The notes under the pieces: generated by a model | Told to the model about the DNA's origin: nothing | Database searches by the model: none | What the model saw: the letters and a program-made list of their open reading frames with translations, nothing else | From: Octopus vulgaris | Taxonomy: Eukaryota | Assembly (NCBI GenBank): GCA_951406725.2 | Contig: OX597828.1 | Span: forward strand, 8,556,001-8,620,000 | DNA: 64,000 nt | Direction: 5' to 3' | Made by a program: the position numbers and the translations under genes | In this document: positions 40,273-53,856 of the stretch, one piece after another | Layout of the letters: each line of letters starts with the position of its first letter | Numbering within the stretch: position 1 is the stretch's first letter

Positions 40273-40280
<8 letters not shown>
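38791..40280 (+). mobile_element. Decayed mariner element interrupted by a SINE
   Basis: CGAGGGGTGATGAAA terminal motif. Peptides MRKLSAKWVP, DFMAHLITM, TISAKYHMSLLEELREALKQKRP, FGLEMVEHPP and GFEKLKHR. Confidence 0.88.
39391..39683 (-). mobile_element. SINE with family C head/body but a different tail
   Basis: Minus strand CCTAGTGGTTAGAGCAGC...GGGTTCGAATC carries boxes A/B. Body matches 38510-38655. Tail has a GAGCC-N6-GGCTC hairpin and CAAA repeats. Confidence 0.88.
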
Positions 40281-40321
<41 letters not shown>

Positions 40322-40379
40322 AATATATAAAAAAGGAAATGAAGAAAATGCTGACAAAATAATTTCTTTTTACCGGTTG

Positions 40380-40534
40380 CGTCCCCGTCACTTAGCGGTT
40401 CGGCAAAAGAGACCGATAGAATACGTACTGGGCCTACAAAGAATAAGTCCCGGGGTCGAGTTGCTCGACTAAAGGCGGTGCTCCAGCATGGCCACAGTCA
40501 AATGACTGAAACATGTAAAAGAGTAAAAGAGAGT
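40380..40534 (+). mobile_element. SINE family A 3' fragment
   Basis: Near-perfect match to the family A tail. Confidence 0.9.
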
Positions 40535-40542
40535 ATATATAT

Positions 40543-40565
40543 ACTATTGAATAATTGTAACATAT

Positions 40566-40603
<38 letters not shown>

Positions 40604-40634
40604 ATAAAATAATATGTTACAATTATTCAATAGT
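40543..40634. repeat. Perfect 31-bp inverted repeat around a (TA)n core
   Basis: Arms are 40543-40573 and 40604-40634. Confidence 0.95.
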
Positions 40635-40728
40635 CAAGATAAAACTCTAAGTTTCGGATATATATATATCTGTATGTATGTAAATATATATATACACACA
40701 CACAAACACACACATACACACTCACACG

Positions 40729-40792
<64 letters not shown>

Positions 40793-40964
40793 ACAATAAC
40801 AGAGTTGTTACGAGTAACTTGGCTATCTGAGAAAGAGTAACCCTTTTGTAACAGCATTGCCTTTTAAAGGAATTAAATCATTCATACGAAACAAGTTTGT
40901 AGAAAGAGAAGATATAGAAACAACTCGAATTAAAAACTATGACATCTCTGTAACGCCTATATAA

Positions 40965-41249
40965 TACTTGTTTCAGGCATTAGATGGTGACCAAGCTGGA
41001 GCAGCGACTTGAAGAGTTTTAGTGGAATGAATCTGCCCTGTACTTATTTCTTTTTAAGCCTAGTACTTATTCTATTAGTCTCTTTTGCGGAACCGCCAGT
41101 TAACGTGGAGATTAACATACCGACACCGGTTGTTAAGTGTTGATGCAGGACAAACAGAAGGACGAAGGCAAGCATAAACACACACACACATATATACTTA
41201 AGTCGGTGCCCCTGTATCACCACAGTCAAATGACTATAAGAAGGAAAAG

Positions 41250-41286
<37 letters not shown>

Positions 41287-41425
41287 CATAGAAGTGCTTC
41301 TTTCAGTTTCCGTCTGGCCAATCCATTAGCAAGGCACCCGGGCTATAATAGAAGACACTCGCCCAAGATAACATGAAGTAGGACTGAATTTTGAACCAAG
41401 TGGTTGGGAAGCAAGCTTCTTACCT
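40965..41425 (-). mobile_element. SINE family A, degenerate
   Basis: Contains aagcctagtacttattctat, cttctttcagtttccgtct and ggctataatagaagacac. Confidence 0.8.
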
Positions 41426-41594
41426 GTGTCTATAGTGAAGTATATCGTTCCAGAGTCCTTGAAAAACACATTTGTTACCTTCCCGGAAAAAAAAATGACT
41501 GAATCATTTATTTCAAATCATTCAGCTAGTCACAATGTATTTCGTTCATCGATTCACCAATTCCGGTAAACCAACGTACTAAGGATATTTAAAT

Positions 41595-41810
41595 ATTGGT
41601 TTCTAAGTTTGTCACATGGCCACAGTTTCGAGGGCGGGGTAAGTTCACCACATCGATTCCAGCGCTCAGCTGGTACCAAATTTATGGACCCTGTAACGGA
41701 TGAAAGGCAAAGTTGATTTCCTTGGAATTTGAACGCAGAACATAAACATAGATAAAGTACCGCTAGTCATTTCGCTCGGCGCGCTAACATTTCTACCTGA
41801 TCAACGCTTG
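41595..41810 (-). mobile_element. SINE family B, degenerate
   Basis: ggatgaaaggcaaagttga..ggaatttgaac is the reverse complement of the family B core. Confidence 0.75.
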
Positions 41811-43338
41811 TAACAGTTATTAAATACTAGCATAATATTTACTGTAATCATGATCCAAAATATCCTTTATTTAACTAAGTTATTTATATATATGAAATTT
41901 GAAAGGATTACAGGTAAATTGTCTGTTCATCTCAATGACTGATTAAGCAGAAATTATACGTACATTGCCACAGGTTCTCTCACGGGATAACGAAACAGAT
42001 TCGGGCCGAAAAAGAGGAAGAGAGACAGAACGGGAAAGAAGGAGACAGAGGTACAGAGAAATCGATCCTAGGGCAAACCTGACATCAACGGCCTTAAAAT
42101 TAGAGAGAAGAGCCTTTTTCTCTAATCCAGCAAGACATGATATTCAACTTACCTGTATTCGAAATGGAAATGTTTTATTATATATCATCATTCCTTAAGC
42201 ATTTTAACATTCATTAGATTTTTAGAGCGAGTTTTTTAATTGTTCATTGCATATACCCTGATGAGAAAGAAAAGGGAGTGTTAGTAAATTAATACAGAAC
42301 AACTATCACAAGAAATTCGATTGAACATTAGGTTTTTGTCGCTTTCTAGTTGATATTTACATTCGTCATAGATATACACTTGGTTGATGTACAAATACAC
42401 ATTTGCAAACATGCACACACGTAAATACCAGCTTATAAAAACATACACAGAGACACGTACATATATACATGTTTATCCGCGTGTGTGTTTGTATAAAGAC
42501 GTTTTGCACAGTTTCCACTTAACTTTACGTAAAAGTGATAGAGCAACCTGAGGCTACGAAAGAAGACACTAGCCCCAAGATCCGGGCAGTAGGATCGTAA
42601 CCGAAACCACACAGCATAGCAAAAGACTGAAAGAAATAGAATATTATAACCCAGCATATTTAACTAATACTATCTTTTCCTTCTAGCATTCTCTCAGCCA
42701 TCAAGGTATTTATCTTAATTCCAATATACATCATAAGAGACAGACAAAATTCTAACAGTTATCAATTACCCTCATCTCACCAACCACCATATTACTGGCT
42801 ATTCTTCACATGATACTCCATATTCTTCAATGTATAGCCAGTCAGACTTCTATTGTCAAGCAAACGAGCTAATGTTTAAATTCTTTATACGCTCCCTACT
42901 GTCTTATTGCTCTTTCAAAGCTCAAATTTCTATGTAGGTACATCCATAAATTTTCACTACCCTGGAATGTTAGGGTACACAGCATGCTTCACAACGACTA
43001 AAGAAAATTGACGCTTTAATAATATAGAGAGAGGTTACAAGTCGCGATAAAATACACAGCATGAAGACAAGAAAGTGCAAACTGACGCACACAGACAAAA
43101 GAAGAAAACTTATATAAGCATATACACTAACGTACATATGTATTTATGTGTATTCCTGTGTCTAAACACATATCTATGCAGACACACAAACAAATACACA
43201 TACGCACAGACTAGATACCACACACGTATATGTGTAGATATAGTATGTAGATATATATATATATATGGACACATTCATGTATATTCATATATATTTTATA
43301 TGTATGTATATATCTATATCTTTCTATTTATCTATCAT

Positions 43339-43402
<64 letters not shown>

Positions 43403-43408
43403 ACTATA

Positions 43409-43491
<83 letters not shown>

Positions 43492-43994
43492 CACGGCAAT
43501 ATCTGCATATTTAATGTACCTATCCTACCTTAGCATAGTAATCATTAAAATTATTTAGCACACACACATATTTGTGTCTGGTCGTTATTTGCGCATCCAG
43601 TCTCTACACCAATGTGTGTGAGTGTGTGTATATGTGTGTATGTGTGAGTGTATGTGAGTGTGTGTGTGTGTGTGTGTGAGTGTGCGTGTGTGCGCGTCTG
43701 CTTTTGTAAATCTATAGATTCAAAAACGCACGCTCAAAGTAAAGCACTCTGGCATCTCATTTCCATGCTTAGTGAAAGCAATCAGAAGCATAGAGAAAGG
43801 CGCATACATAGATTAAGAGATGTAACAGCGCCACTAATCGAGATACTTATAAACACAAACGCATGCACATGTGAATACGAATGAGCACAGTCATCATACA
43901 TATATATGTGCATAAATGAATGTAGAATATATACGTATTAGGCTCTTTTCGAATTACATGATTCCAGGTTCGATCTTACTGCGTGGAAACTTAT

Positions 43995-44057
<63 letters not shown>

Positions 44058-44097
44058 TGTATGTGTGTGTGTGTGTGAGTGTGTGTGTGTATGTGTT

Positions 44098-44127
<30 letters not shown>

Positions 44128-44128
<1 letters not shown>

Positions 44129-44465
44129 AGGGATAGTTTACGAAAAAAACAAAAGACGATGACACGTCTTCACATCGACTTCACTAACTGGGAGGAAACG
44201 GCAAAAAACAGACCACTCTGGAAAACCACCATCCATGAGGGAACGGCGACTTTCGAGTCGAAAAGGTCTGCAGAGCTGGAGGAGAAAAGACGACGACGGA
44301 AGGAGCGCCAACAACAACCACGTGCGACTCTCCCTTCCGGCACTAGATGTCCGCACTGCGACCGATCTTCTCAAGCAAGAATTGGTCTTATCGGTCGCCT
44401 ACGGACTCACCAGTAAATTCGCGCGAAGACCATCATCCTCGACCTTGAGGGATTGCCATCATCAT
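44128..44465 (+). mobile_element. RTE-clade LINE 3' end
   Basis: Translates to [49 protein letters not shown]...LRTHQ, the RTE C-terminus with a degenerate C2H2 finger. A short hairpin UTR and (CAT)n tail follow. Confidence 0.9.
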
Positions 44466-44489
44466 ATACAAATGTATATATATGTATGT

Positions 44490-44569
<80 letters not shown>

Positions 44570-44582
44570 ATATATATACGCA

Positions 44583-44772
44583 CCTATAGCCTTGGGCCGT
44601 CCAAACACTTTGAGTGGATTTGGTAGACGGAAACTGAAAGAAGCTCACCCTATGTGTATATATATATTATATATATATATTATATATATATGTTTGTGAG
44701 TGTGTCCACCATCGATTGACCACCGATGCTGGTGTGTTTACGTCCCTGTAACTTAGCGATTCAGCAAAAGAT
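44583..44772 (+). mobile_element. SINE family A internal fragment
   Basis: gagtggatttggtagacggaaactgaaagaagc...cgatgctggtgtgtttacgtcc. Confidence 0.85.
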
Positions 44773-44884
44773 CCCAAGGCTTGCAAGATCCCACTCACGT
44801 GGGTTGAATTCTGCGACTAAAGAGCAGAGCATGTACACACACGCGCGCGCGCACACACACAGATATATATATATATATATCGGT

Positions 44885-45370
44885 GGTATCTTGACTTTTC
44901 CGAATGTCATCTTTTGAATCAGGAAGAATGTGTAGTGCAAATATTTCAATAATCGACAACAGTGAGATCGCTCAGTAGTTATGACATGTTATTCGGTTTC
45001 TTCGTATGCAAGGAAACTAGAAAAGTATCTCTCCACTCTTGTGTGCATTTGCCTCTCGTCCACACTGTGTCAAATATGGTAGATAAAATTCATCACTGCC
45101 TCCTCGTCCACTTTCTGACCCAGTTCAGCAACAATGCCATCATAAACGGAGAATTTCCCGGTATTCTTTTTCATTTTTCTTTTTTACACTTGTTTAAGTC
45201 ATTTGACTGCGGCCATGCTGGAGCACCGCCTTTAGTCGAGCAAATCGACCCCCGGGACTTCTTCTTTGTAGGTCCAGTACTTATTCTATCGGTCTCTTGC
45301 CGAACCGCTAAGTGACGGGAACGTAAACACCAGCAATGCTAGGAAGACAATCACAGACACACTAACACAT

Positions 45371-45446
<76 letters not shown>

Positions 45447-45870
45447 GTATATACGACAGGCTTCTTTCAGTTTCCGTCTACCAGATCCACTCACAAGGCA
45501 ATTGGTCGGCCTGGGGCTATAGCAGAAGACACTTACCCAAGATGCCACGCAGTGGGACTGAACCCGGAACCATGTGGTTAGTTAGCAAGCTACTTACCAC
45601 ACAGCCACTCCTGCGCCTGTATCTATCAATTTTACAGACACTTCATCATTACCTGGTGGATCACAGGTACCGTGCAAGCCTTTGAATTACAGACAAATTT
45701 ACTACGGCCCCAAGACATCCCTAAAATGCTGCTGCCACCTGGACTTCACATTTGTCTCGCTTGCACAGCAGCTGCATACCAGTCCGTACCTGCAGAGGTG
45801 GAAATGTGGAGAATGTTGAGACAAGGACTGTTTTCAACTGGTGGTACAAGAATTTTGAATCGTTTGTCAG
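44885..45870 (-). mobile_element. Decayed LINE RT N-terminal region (RTE-like), split by a SINE
   Basis: Minus-strand remnants NVKSRWQQHFRDVL and DPPGNDEV, then past the SINE DGIVAEL..EEAVMNFIYHI and CHNY*AISLLSI. Confidence 0.7.
45178..45618 (-). mobile_element. SINE family A, full length
   Basis: Begins AGGCGCAGGAGTGGCTG on the minus strand. Confidence 0.92.
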
Positions 45871-46049
45871 CAAGTGTCTTAGTTTCATATATACGTACGT
45901 ACATACATACGTACACAATGCATAAATGCATGCATGCATACATACATACACGCATACATACATACATACATACATACATACAGACAGACATACAAACATA
46001 CATACATACACACATACATGCATGCATGCATGCATACATACATACATAA

Positions 46050-46983
46050 TATGACCCGAGAATATTACACTAGACTTAGGAAAATAAGGCAGTCGGAACT
46101 CTCTTACGACAAAACAATAAATACAATAAATTTACAGTACCAGCGCGGATCCCAAAATTTGGGATACTTGATTGGTCTGTAGAGGAAATCCACTTAAAAA
46201 AATATGAAAACCCACAAAATCCTGATAGCAACTAGGAACTTCCACAGAAATAGAGATGTTGACAGGCTCTACGTAAGAAGAAATGATGGTGGTACAAGAT
46301 TTAGATCAGTACAGACGGCTTTTGAATGTCGTATGGCATTACTGAAGCAGCACCTGCTAAACAATATCAGCAAAAATAAATATATTAAAGCAGTCTTAAA
46401 ACGTGAAGTGTGCAACACTGTACGAGATGGTAGTGAACTACTCAAGAAACACTCTCTTCCTGATGATCTATACAGCAACCAAAACAGCTGGGTTATCTTA
46501 TCTCAGTGAAGACCAGGATGGAAAGCACTCAGCACACACACACACACAAAAAGAGCATACATTGGTATGTTGCCCAGAAGCTTGAAGATGACAGTAGAAT
46601 TGACACGAAGTGCAGCCTCTTTTGGACACAAGAACACTACATCACATAACTATGAAGGGTATGTGTTTCCAGTCTAAGAACAGGACATTGCCAAAAAGTA
46701 CCTGGTGAACAAGAGAGAGTGATGCACTTGCAATCTCAAGCTGCAACCGCATGTGTAGGCGATGTCATATTTCTGTGGAAGACACTACTCATGAGATTAG
46801 CAGCTATTCTAATATGTCGTCACGGTTCTACCTTCCTGTGCGGCACGATGTTGTTGCTAAAACAATTTACGAAGCCATCTGCAAAAAAGACCGTCCTGAA
46901 ATAAACTTAGAAAATTCCTTTGTTATGGAATAGATTCATAAACTTCAAGGAATACTGGTGGAATATTCCCATCAAAACTTCTG

Positions 46984-46985
<2 letters not shown>
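46050..46985 (+). mobile_element. R4/Dong-like (restriction-like endonuclease) non-LTR fragment, post-RT region
   Basis: Peptides EYYTRLRKI..SEL, GILDWSVEEI, FH.N.DVDRLYVRR.DGG, CRRC..SVEDTTH and RHDVVAKTIY (CCHC plus RHD motif). Confidence 0.85.
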
Positions 46986-47079
<94 letters not shown>

Positions 47080-47429
47080 CACACATATATACACTCAGGC
47101 ACAAATGCATACATACTTATATACTGAAACGTAAAACTCGCCCGCAGTGGCATCCCATGAACAATAAAATAGCCATTCTAAAGCGCTAACAAATCTGCAT
47201 GCAGACTGAGCAGATTACTAGGCACGGTCGTTCAGTATACTTTCCCTTTTTTGTGATAGAAACTGCCTCAGATATCTTCAGCTAACTCCTTTGTTCTCAT
47301 ACAAAGGAAGGAGCAGACAATGTATATAGTAGTGTCATTCTAAGATGTGCCCTGCTAGTGTCCATTTCGTAAAAACATACACAACAGTCTGGGTCAATAT
47401 AAAGATGGGTATGTTTGTTTCTGAACCTC

Positions 47430-47762
47430 TTACTTACTTGTACTTGTGACGGTGTTCACCCAGGGCGGGTTGAGCCAGATTCTTCTGTGGTCATAGAAGT
47501 TTCGTGGGAATATTGAATTCACAAGCGGTCCCCGACATCCCGCATGCATATCCCGAATGACTGGACGCCCTGTTTGTCGTGGAGTCTCCACAGACGCAGG
47601 GACAGAACGACCTCCAAGCCGCCGGTTGCCGATCAGATGTCTCTTGGAATTTTCCCCACAACTCCGTTGGCCAGGCTGCGGCCCTAATACCGCTCGGTGC
47701 CAGACCAATCCGCCTTGGGGGACCCTACCAGGAACCGAAATTCCCGACGGCATAGCTCTGAC
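47430..47762 (-). mobile_element. Short RTE-derived bipartite element
   Basis: Minus strand starts with an RTE 5'-like GAGCTATGCCG..GGTAGGGTCCCCC motif and ends GSTRPG* plus ACAAGTACAAGTAAGTAA. Family recognition is from memory. Confidence 0.5.
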
Positions 47763-48239
47763 GCTGCCTGTTTACACCACCCTACCTCGCCTATGCACCA
47801 GAACCCGAAAGACACGCACATCCAATACCATCTCGATAACAATTACTTTCAATATATTTTAAGTACAAATTTTTTTTTAAAACTGCATTGAGCTTACAAT
47901 GACATTAGCAGTCCACAATAAGCGTATTTCTCCATAAATCAGTGAATTGTTTTACAATGAAGAGTTATATAATATCTCAGCGGTTCTAAGTATGAGTAAC
48001 TTTATACTTTGCTTAGGTATTCTGAAACATGTCTGAAATTGACCGTGTAATTATTTGAGATCAGACTCTATGCACATTAAATATCCCAAATCAATTGTTA
48101 TCAGTTGTGTTCTGCATATTTGTGTCAATAATTGTCATTAACTCTAATGATTGTATTTTATGTGTCTTTTAATAAATTAAGCTTTTAATTTGGCGCACCA
48201 CATTAAAGATATTAGTCCCCATTTAAATATGTATTACTG

Positions 48240-48690
48240 GTTTGGGGTTTTGGCACAAGACCAGCAATATAGGGGAGGCGCAATTGAAGTAAATCGAGAC
48301 CACAGGTACTTATTTTTTCTTCCCCGAGATGATGAAATGCAAAGCCAAACCCGGCGGAATTTCAACTTAGAACGCAATGATGGACGTTCTAACGACCCTG
48401 TCAACTCGTCACCTTAAATTTGAATATACACTATTGATATCTGCTGCATACACACTGAATGACTTAATATAAGCGTTTGATATTTGGAAACTTACAGTTG
48501 GTATTATATAATAATGATTTCTAATTTATGTCCAAAATTAAGAGTGTTTAGTGATAAAATCGACTCCTGTGTCACATCGACCCCGATAGTTTGAAAGGAA
48601 ATTCTCACCACGGCGGGATTTGAAATCACAATGCAAAGAAACACAAGGCATTTTCCCGACACTAACCATTCAGTCAGTACCCACCTTCTG
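48240..48690 (-). mobile_element. Two very degenerate SINE family B copies
   Basis: Residual cores ggtacttatttt..cccgagatgatgaaatgcaaag and atcgaccccgatagtttgaaagg. Confidence 0.55.
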
Positions 48691-50684
48691 TTTAAATGGA
48701 ATGAATTAGTTTTCACATATATACATGAAGCCTGTGATAGAAAGAAAAAGAATAAACGAAAATGTGATTCTCCAGCATTCTTTAAGATCAATCGGAATGC
48801 TGACGAGGAGAGTATATCTTTCATAAACTGTGCCGAGGTTGATTTGGCAGCTCATGTCTTTTTCTCTTCTTTAGTACTATGTATACAAATTGAAATTTCG
48901 CTCTAATTACACGTAACAAAAGCATTGCAATATGCAAAATGGGTGTAGCACTGGTAGAAGCGTTCTTGAAATCCCAAATGACATAAATAACAAATAAAAA
49001 GTAACATTTATTTGAACCAGAAGCTGAAAATGGTTCAGTATTTAACTTGCGTGTTTATTATATATCTTTTACTATGTATGAAAAGCGTATTGAATAATAA
49101 CATGGAAAATAACATATGTAAGTATTCTACAACAGAAAGGTTTAGTTCTCTTGGAATTTCAAGAAGATGGATGAATTTCACTTACATTATTTCTTGTAAT
49201 AGTATAAGGCTGTATTTATGAATATTTTCTCAGGAGAACAGTGTTCTTTGTTGGAAATTGAATTGCATTAATGCGTTTATTATGTGCCATTATAGGCAAT
49301 AGTTAAGCAGATGCTTCTTGTCCACCTTCATTCATATGCAGTATATCCTTAAGGATAAGTTTGATAATATAATTAGCTAAAGGAAATAAATAAAACAAGT
49401 CGATGCGACATGACCTTCCCTCCATATTCTTTCATTATTTCCGCTTACATCTCAGATATGGCCATCGGAAATGTGAACTTCGTTGTCGGAATAATACTGA
49501 CCTTAAGGAAGAAAAAATAAGGCATATTCATAATGCTGGACTGGCGAATTCATCGGCTCTCTTCGTTGTGCTATAAAAACAGTAGCTGCAGGCGATGTGC
49601 AAAATCCACTTCAGTAATAGTACGCGGCTAATGCATTTCTCACTGACTATGCATTCCATATCAAACATGGGTATCTGCGTCATTTGCACTTTTAAAAGGT
49701 ATTAACGACATAGTAATTTTGACTCGGTCATTAATACCTTTTAAATTTCTCAACGTATCATCTATTTAGAAGTCTGCAGGCCATGTCAACCCTGATTTGA
49801 ATGTTCGCGTTGATCCGGCTGCTCTTATCTTTCAATGTAAAGGAAACATATAAATACGGATTGTAAATACTGAAAAATACTGCACGTAGTTGGTATCACG
49901 TTACATATCCGTTCAAAACGAACATAATTAATTATGAAAGGGAAATAAACCAATTACATGAATTGTTAACAGAATAATTATAGATTCGACAAAGACTGTT
50001 GATAGAATACATATTTTGTAGATTTTAGATATTCTTAATTTTTTTTTTTGTATTTTCTGCAAGAACAAGAAAATATTAATAGGAACTAGCATTTAAATTC
50101 ACTAAACATTAACTCATAAATGTTTTTGAGCATAATCAATTAAATCGCATATCACATTAGTCTCGAAAGATAGTCGTAAACCCACAGCAAAGAAATATAA
50201 TAATTGCTTTCGTAATACTACTTTATAATTCATTTTCTCTAATATTTCATTGCGCTGATTCTTCAATTGTTTTAAGTTTTATAATTAAAAAAAAAAACAT
50301 TGTATCCTCCCTGTTAAGTCGGAATGGAGAATAGCCAGGGATCACGGTCTATTTTAGGGCTTTCAAATTTATCGTCGGATTATGAAGAGCTTACTTTCAA
50401 TTCATATTTGTGTCCCGAAGGTGTTAACTGAAAGACGACCATGGTCTAGATGGTGCTGGTAAACTCAGTGCGGGATTAAGCCTGCCGGAATATCACGTAT
50501 TATTCATAGTTGAGAATGTTTCATACCATTTGCCTCGGTTTTCCATTCACTACTCACAACATATTTGTAAAAATCATTACAATAATCAACAAATATGCAG
50601 ACACTACAATACCCGATAACGTTACTTTTGAAGCTCTTTTATTCAAAATTTTTCTTAAAATTCAAGTATACGAAATATTCGTGT

Positions 50685-50880
50685 CTACTCTAGGTACAGG
50701 GACAGAAATTTTTGGGGAAGAAACCAGTCGATTACATCAACCCCAGTATGCAACTGATACTTAATTTTTCAACCCCGAAAGGATGAAAGGTAAAGTCGAC
50801 TTCTCAGAACGTAAAGACAAACGAAATACCGATAAGAATCTCGCCCGGCGTACTAACGTTTCTGCCAGCTCTCTACCTTC
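50685..50880 (-). mobile_element. SINE family B
   Basis: accccgaaaggatgaaaggtaaagtcgac...aacgtttctgccagctc. Confidence 0.85.
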
Positions 50881-51077
50881 AAACTTATGAAATATTAATG
50901 GCGAAATAGATGGTTTCACAATTATTTTCATTGTCATACATTAAAAAAAATATTCCAGCAGATATAATTTGCAATATGCTTGAATCCAATGATTTAGTTT
51001 ATTTTGGAAAAGATTACGAAATGAAAATGCTCAAAATAGAAAATACATTTCTTCATTTGCCAGGACGCATTCCTGTA

Positions 51078-51139
<62 letters not shown>

Positions 51140-51280
51140 AAGTAAGGGCAAAAGAAAAACAATTCTAATGCCAAAATATGCCGAAAATAGACAACGTCAA
51201 TAACCATATAATTTATCACTAACAAGCACGTATTTCGAAGAAAGCTGATAGACATTTCTAAAAAAATCCCGTTATTAATA

Positions 51281-51334
51281 TATCGGACCCGATTTCAGAA
51301 TTAGTTCATAAGAACCTTCCCTTCATCAGTGATA
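51281..51334 (-). ncRNA. Degenerate hammerhead-like motif
   Basis: Minus strand UAUCA-CUGAUGA-A-[GGGAAGGUUC uuau GAACUAAUUCU]-GAAA-UCGG-GUC-CGAUA. Stems are imperfect. Confidence 0.45.
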
Positions 51335-51404
51335 AATGCGGCAAAAGGAATAAGTGATATACTTATATTTACTTATATCCATGGAAGAAGCGGGCTCTTC
51401 TTCC

Positions 51405-51580
51405 ATGGGTATAAGCAATATTTTGTCTGCCGCTACGTTCTGAGTTCAAACTCCACCAAGGTCGACTTCGCCTTTCATACTTTCGTGGTCGACAAATTAA
51501 GTACCATTTGAGTACTGGGGTCAATATAATCGACTTACCCCCTCCTCCAAAATTCCAAGCCCTGCGCCTATAGCAGAAGA
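51405..51580 (+). mobile_element. SINE family B
   Basis: ctacgttctgagttcaaa..aggtcgacttcgcctttcat..aagtacca..ctggggtcaatataatcgact. Confidence 0.85.
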
Positions 51581-52704
51581 ATTTTTTTCAACAGACGTAC
51601 AAACTTTATGATGCACTTTTGAAAGTGACGTTAAACATATAGGTGTACGAAAACCATATATCTTTCATTTCAAAGATACCGACAATTTTCTGTAGTGTAT
51701 TATAAATAGATTAATCAAACCACCTTTTGCGAGTTTTTACTGTTATACAAATTAGGCTGATCAGTTTAGGCCAACCCGAGATTGTTTACACAGTGCATAC
51801 CAATTATTTAAGAACCTTTTCACGAACTGAATATAGCTATTCGTTTTCTTATGACAGTATAATATTAGTTCTAAGTTATCAGGCTGGTTTTACATTTTTT
51901 GCCCCTAGAAAGAACAAAACATGATGCAATCACTGCTTCAATTTACATACAAGTTTAAACTTGTATGATTTTTTTAAAGAGGAAACGTATATTATTTGTG
52001 TTGGACACACGCGCACCTATACTTTAATATATATAAGTGTATGTCTGCATTACTATACATGAGTGTGTGTTAATCTGTGTGAGTGATTGTGTGTGTGTAT
52101 TTGCGTTTAATGATTTCCTCATTAATCAACAGATTCAATTATTTTGAGTGTCTCTTGTTTACAGTTTTGTTTTGGGGAAAAATGCATGCGACAAGAATAT
52201 TTATTAGATTCTTTAAGTGAAACTGGTACTAATGATTCGCCTTCAGTAATTTTTTCTTACGCTGTTTTTTGTTTCTTGGTGGCTATTAGCAATCATAGAA
52301 AGCCATAATTATAATGTTGTTAAAGGAATTTTTAATATTTTTTTTTATATGTGATATTCTACTAAACTCCTCAGTGAAATGATAATAGAACGATATCAGC
52401 AGTAGTTTTCAGATCGGTCATCGTTTGTAACATCAAAACTGTTATCTCTATAAATACTGCTTCAAAATCTTGTCATAAAATTGCCCAAAATAAAATGTTA
52501 TAACATATGTGGAAAAGAAAAGACGTAGTGACACAATAGCCATTGTAAAAACATTGAACTGTTACTGCAGAAGCTTCAAATTTCGAAAATTATATCTTAA
52601 AACTTATCAATAAATTTTAAAAAGTAATATGACACATTACGAGTTTTTCTCATCTTAGCTGCAACCGTTCCTTTCCAGGTCCAAAGTGAACCAGTGTCTT
52701 TTTG

Positions 52705-52735
<31 letters not shown>

Positions 52736-52736
52736 G

Positions 52737-52809
<73 letters not shown>

Positions 52810-53018
52810 TAGGTAGGTAGGTAAGTAGTTAGGTAGATAGGTAGGTAGATAGGTAGGTAGGTAGGTAGGTAGGTAGATAGGTAGGTAGGAAGGAAGGTAG
52901 GTAGGTAGGTAGGTAGGTAGGTAGGTAGGTAGGTAGGTAGGTAGGTAGGTAGGTAGAGAAGTAGGTAGGTAGGTACATAGATAGGTAAATAGATAGATGG
53001 CTGGCTGGCTGGCTGGCT
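52705..53018. repeat. (GATA)n-(GGTA)n-(GGCT)n compound microsatellite
   Basis: Read directly from the sequence. Confidence 0.95.
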
Positions 53019-53396
53019 AAATAGACAAATAGGCAGAGAGTGAGAAGGAGAAAGATAGAAGGGAAATATTGTGTGAAGGGAAGTCAAGAAAAATGAACCC
53101 ATTTGTTGTTAACATGTTTATCCAAAAGTATGGAAGATGAAAGAAACGAATGAACTGAGTGTGATTGCTACTCAGAGAACAAACAGAAGGGATCAATAAC
53201 GAACAGATTCTATATGTCGCATTCACATTTTGCCAATAAGTTGTCTGGTGCTGCTTTTCATCTCTTCATGGCTGATAAAATGAGTACCAGTTGATCTGTG
53301 AGGTCACTGCAATCGACTTATCTCCTCCACGAAATTGTTGGCCATGTGCTAACATTTGAAATGAATATTTTAGTCCCACGTTTATATACTTTATAC

Positions 53397-53553
53397 AGGA
53401 GTGGCTGTGTGGTAAGTAGCTTGTTTACCAACCACATGATTCCCGGTTCAGTCCCACTGCGTGGCACCTTGGGCAAGTGTCTTCTACTATAGCCTCGGGC
53501 CGACCAAAGCGTGGTGAGTGGATTTGGCAGACGGAAACTGAAAGAAGCCCGTC

Positions 53554-53633
<80 letters not shown>

Positions 53634-53856
53634 GTGTGTATATGTTTGTGTGTCTGTGTTTGTCCACACCAACATCGCTTGACAACCGATGCTGGTATGT
53701 TTACATCACCGTAACTTAGCGGTTCGGCAAAAGAGACCGATAGAATAAGTACCAGGCTTACAAAGAATAAGTCCTGGGGTCGATTTGCTCGACTAAAGGC
53801 GGTGCTCCAGCATGGCCACAGTCAAATGACTGAAACAAGTAAGAGAGTAAAAGAGT
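53397..53856 (+). mobile_element. SINE family A, full length, long internal (TA)n
   Basis: The cleanest family A copy in the window. Confidence 0.95.

Noticed and set aside
42740-42960. Possible CR1/L2-like LINE C-terminal remnant on the minus strand (ERIKNLNISS)
   Set aside because: Too degraded for a supported call.
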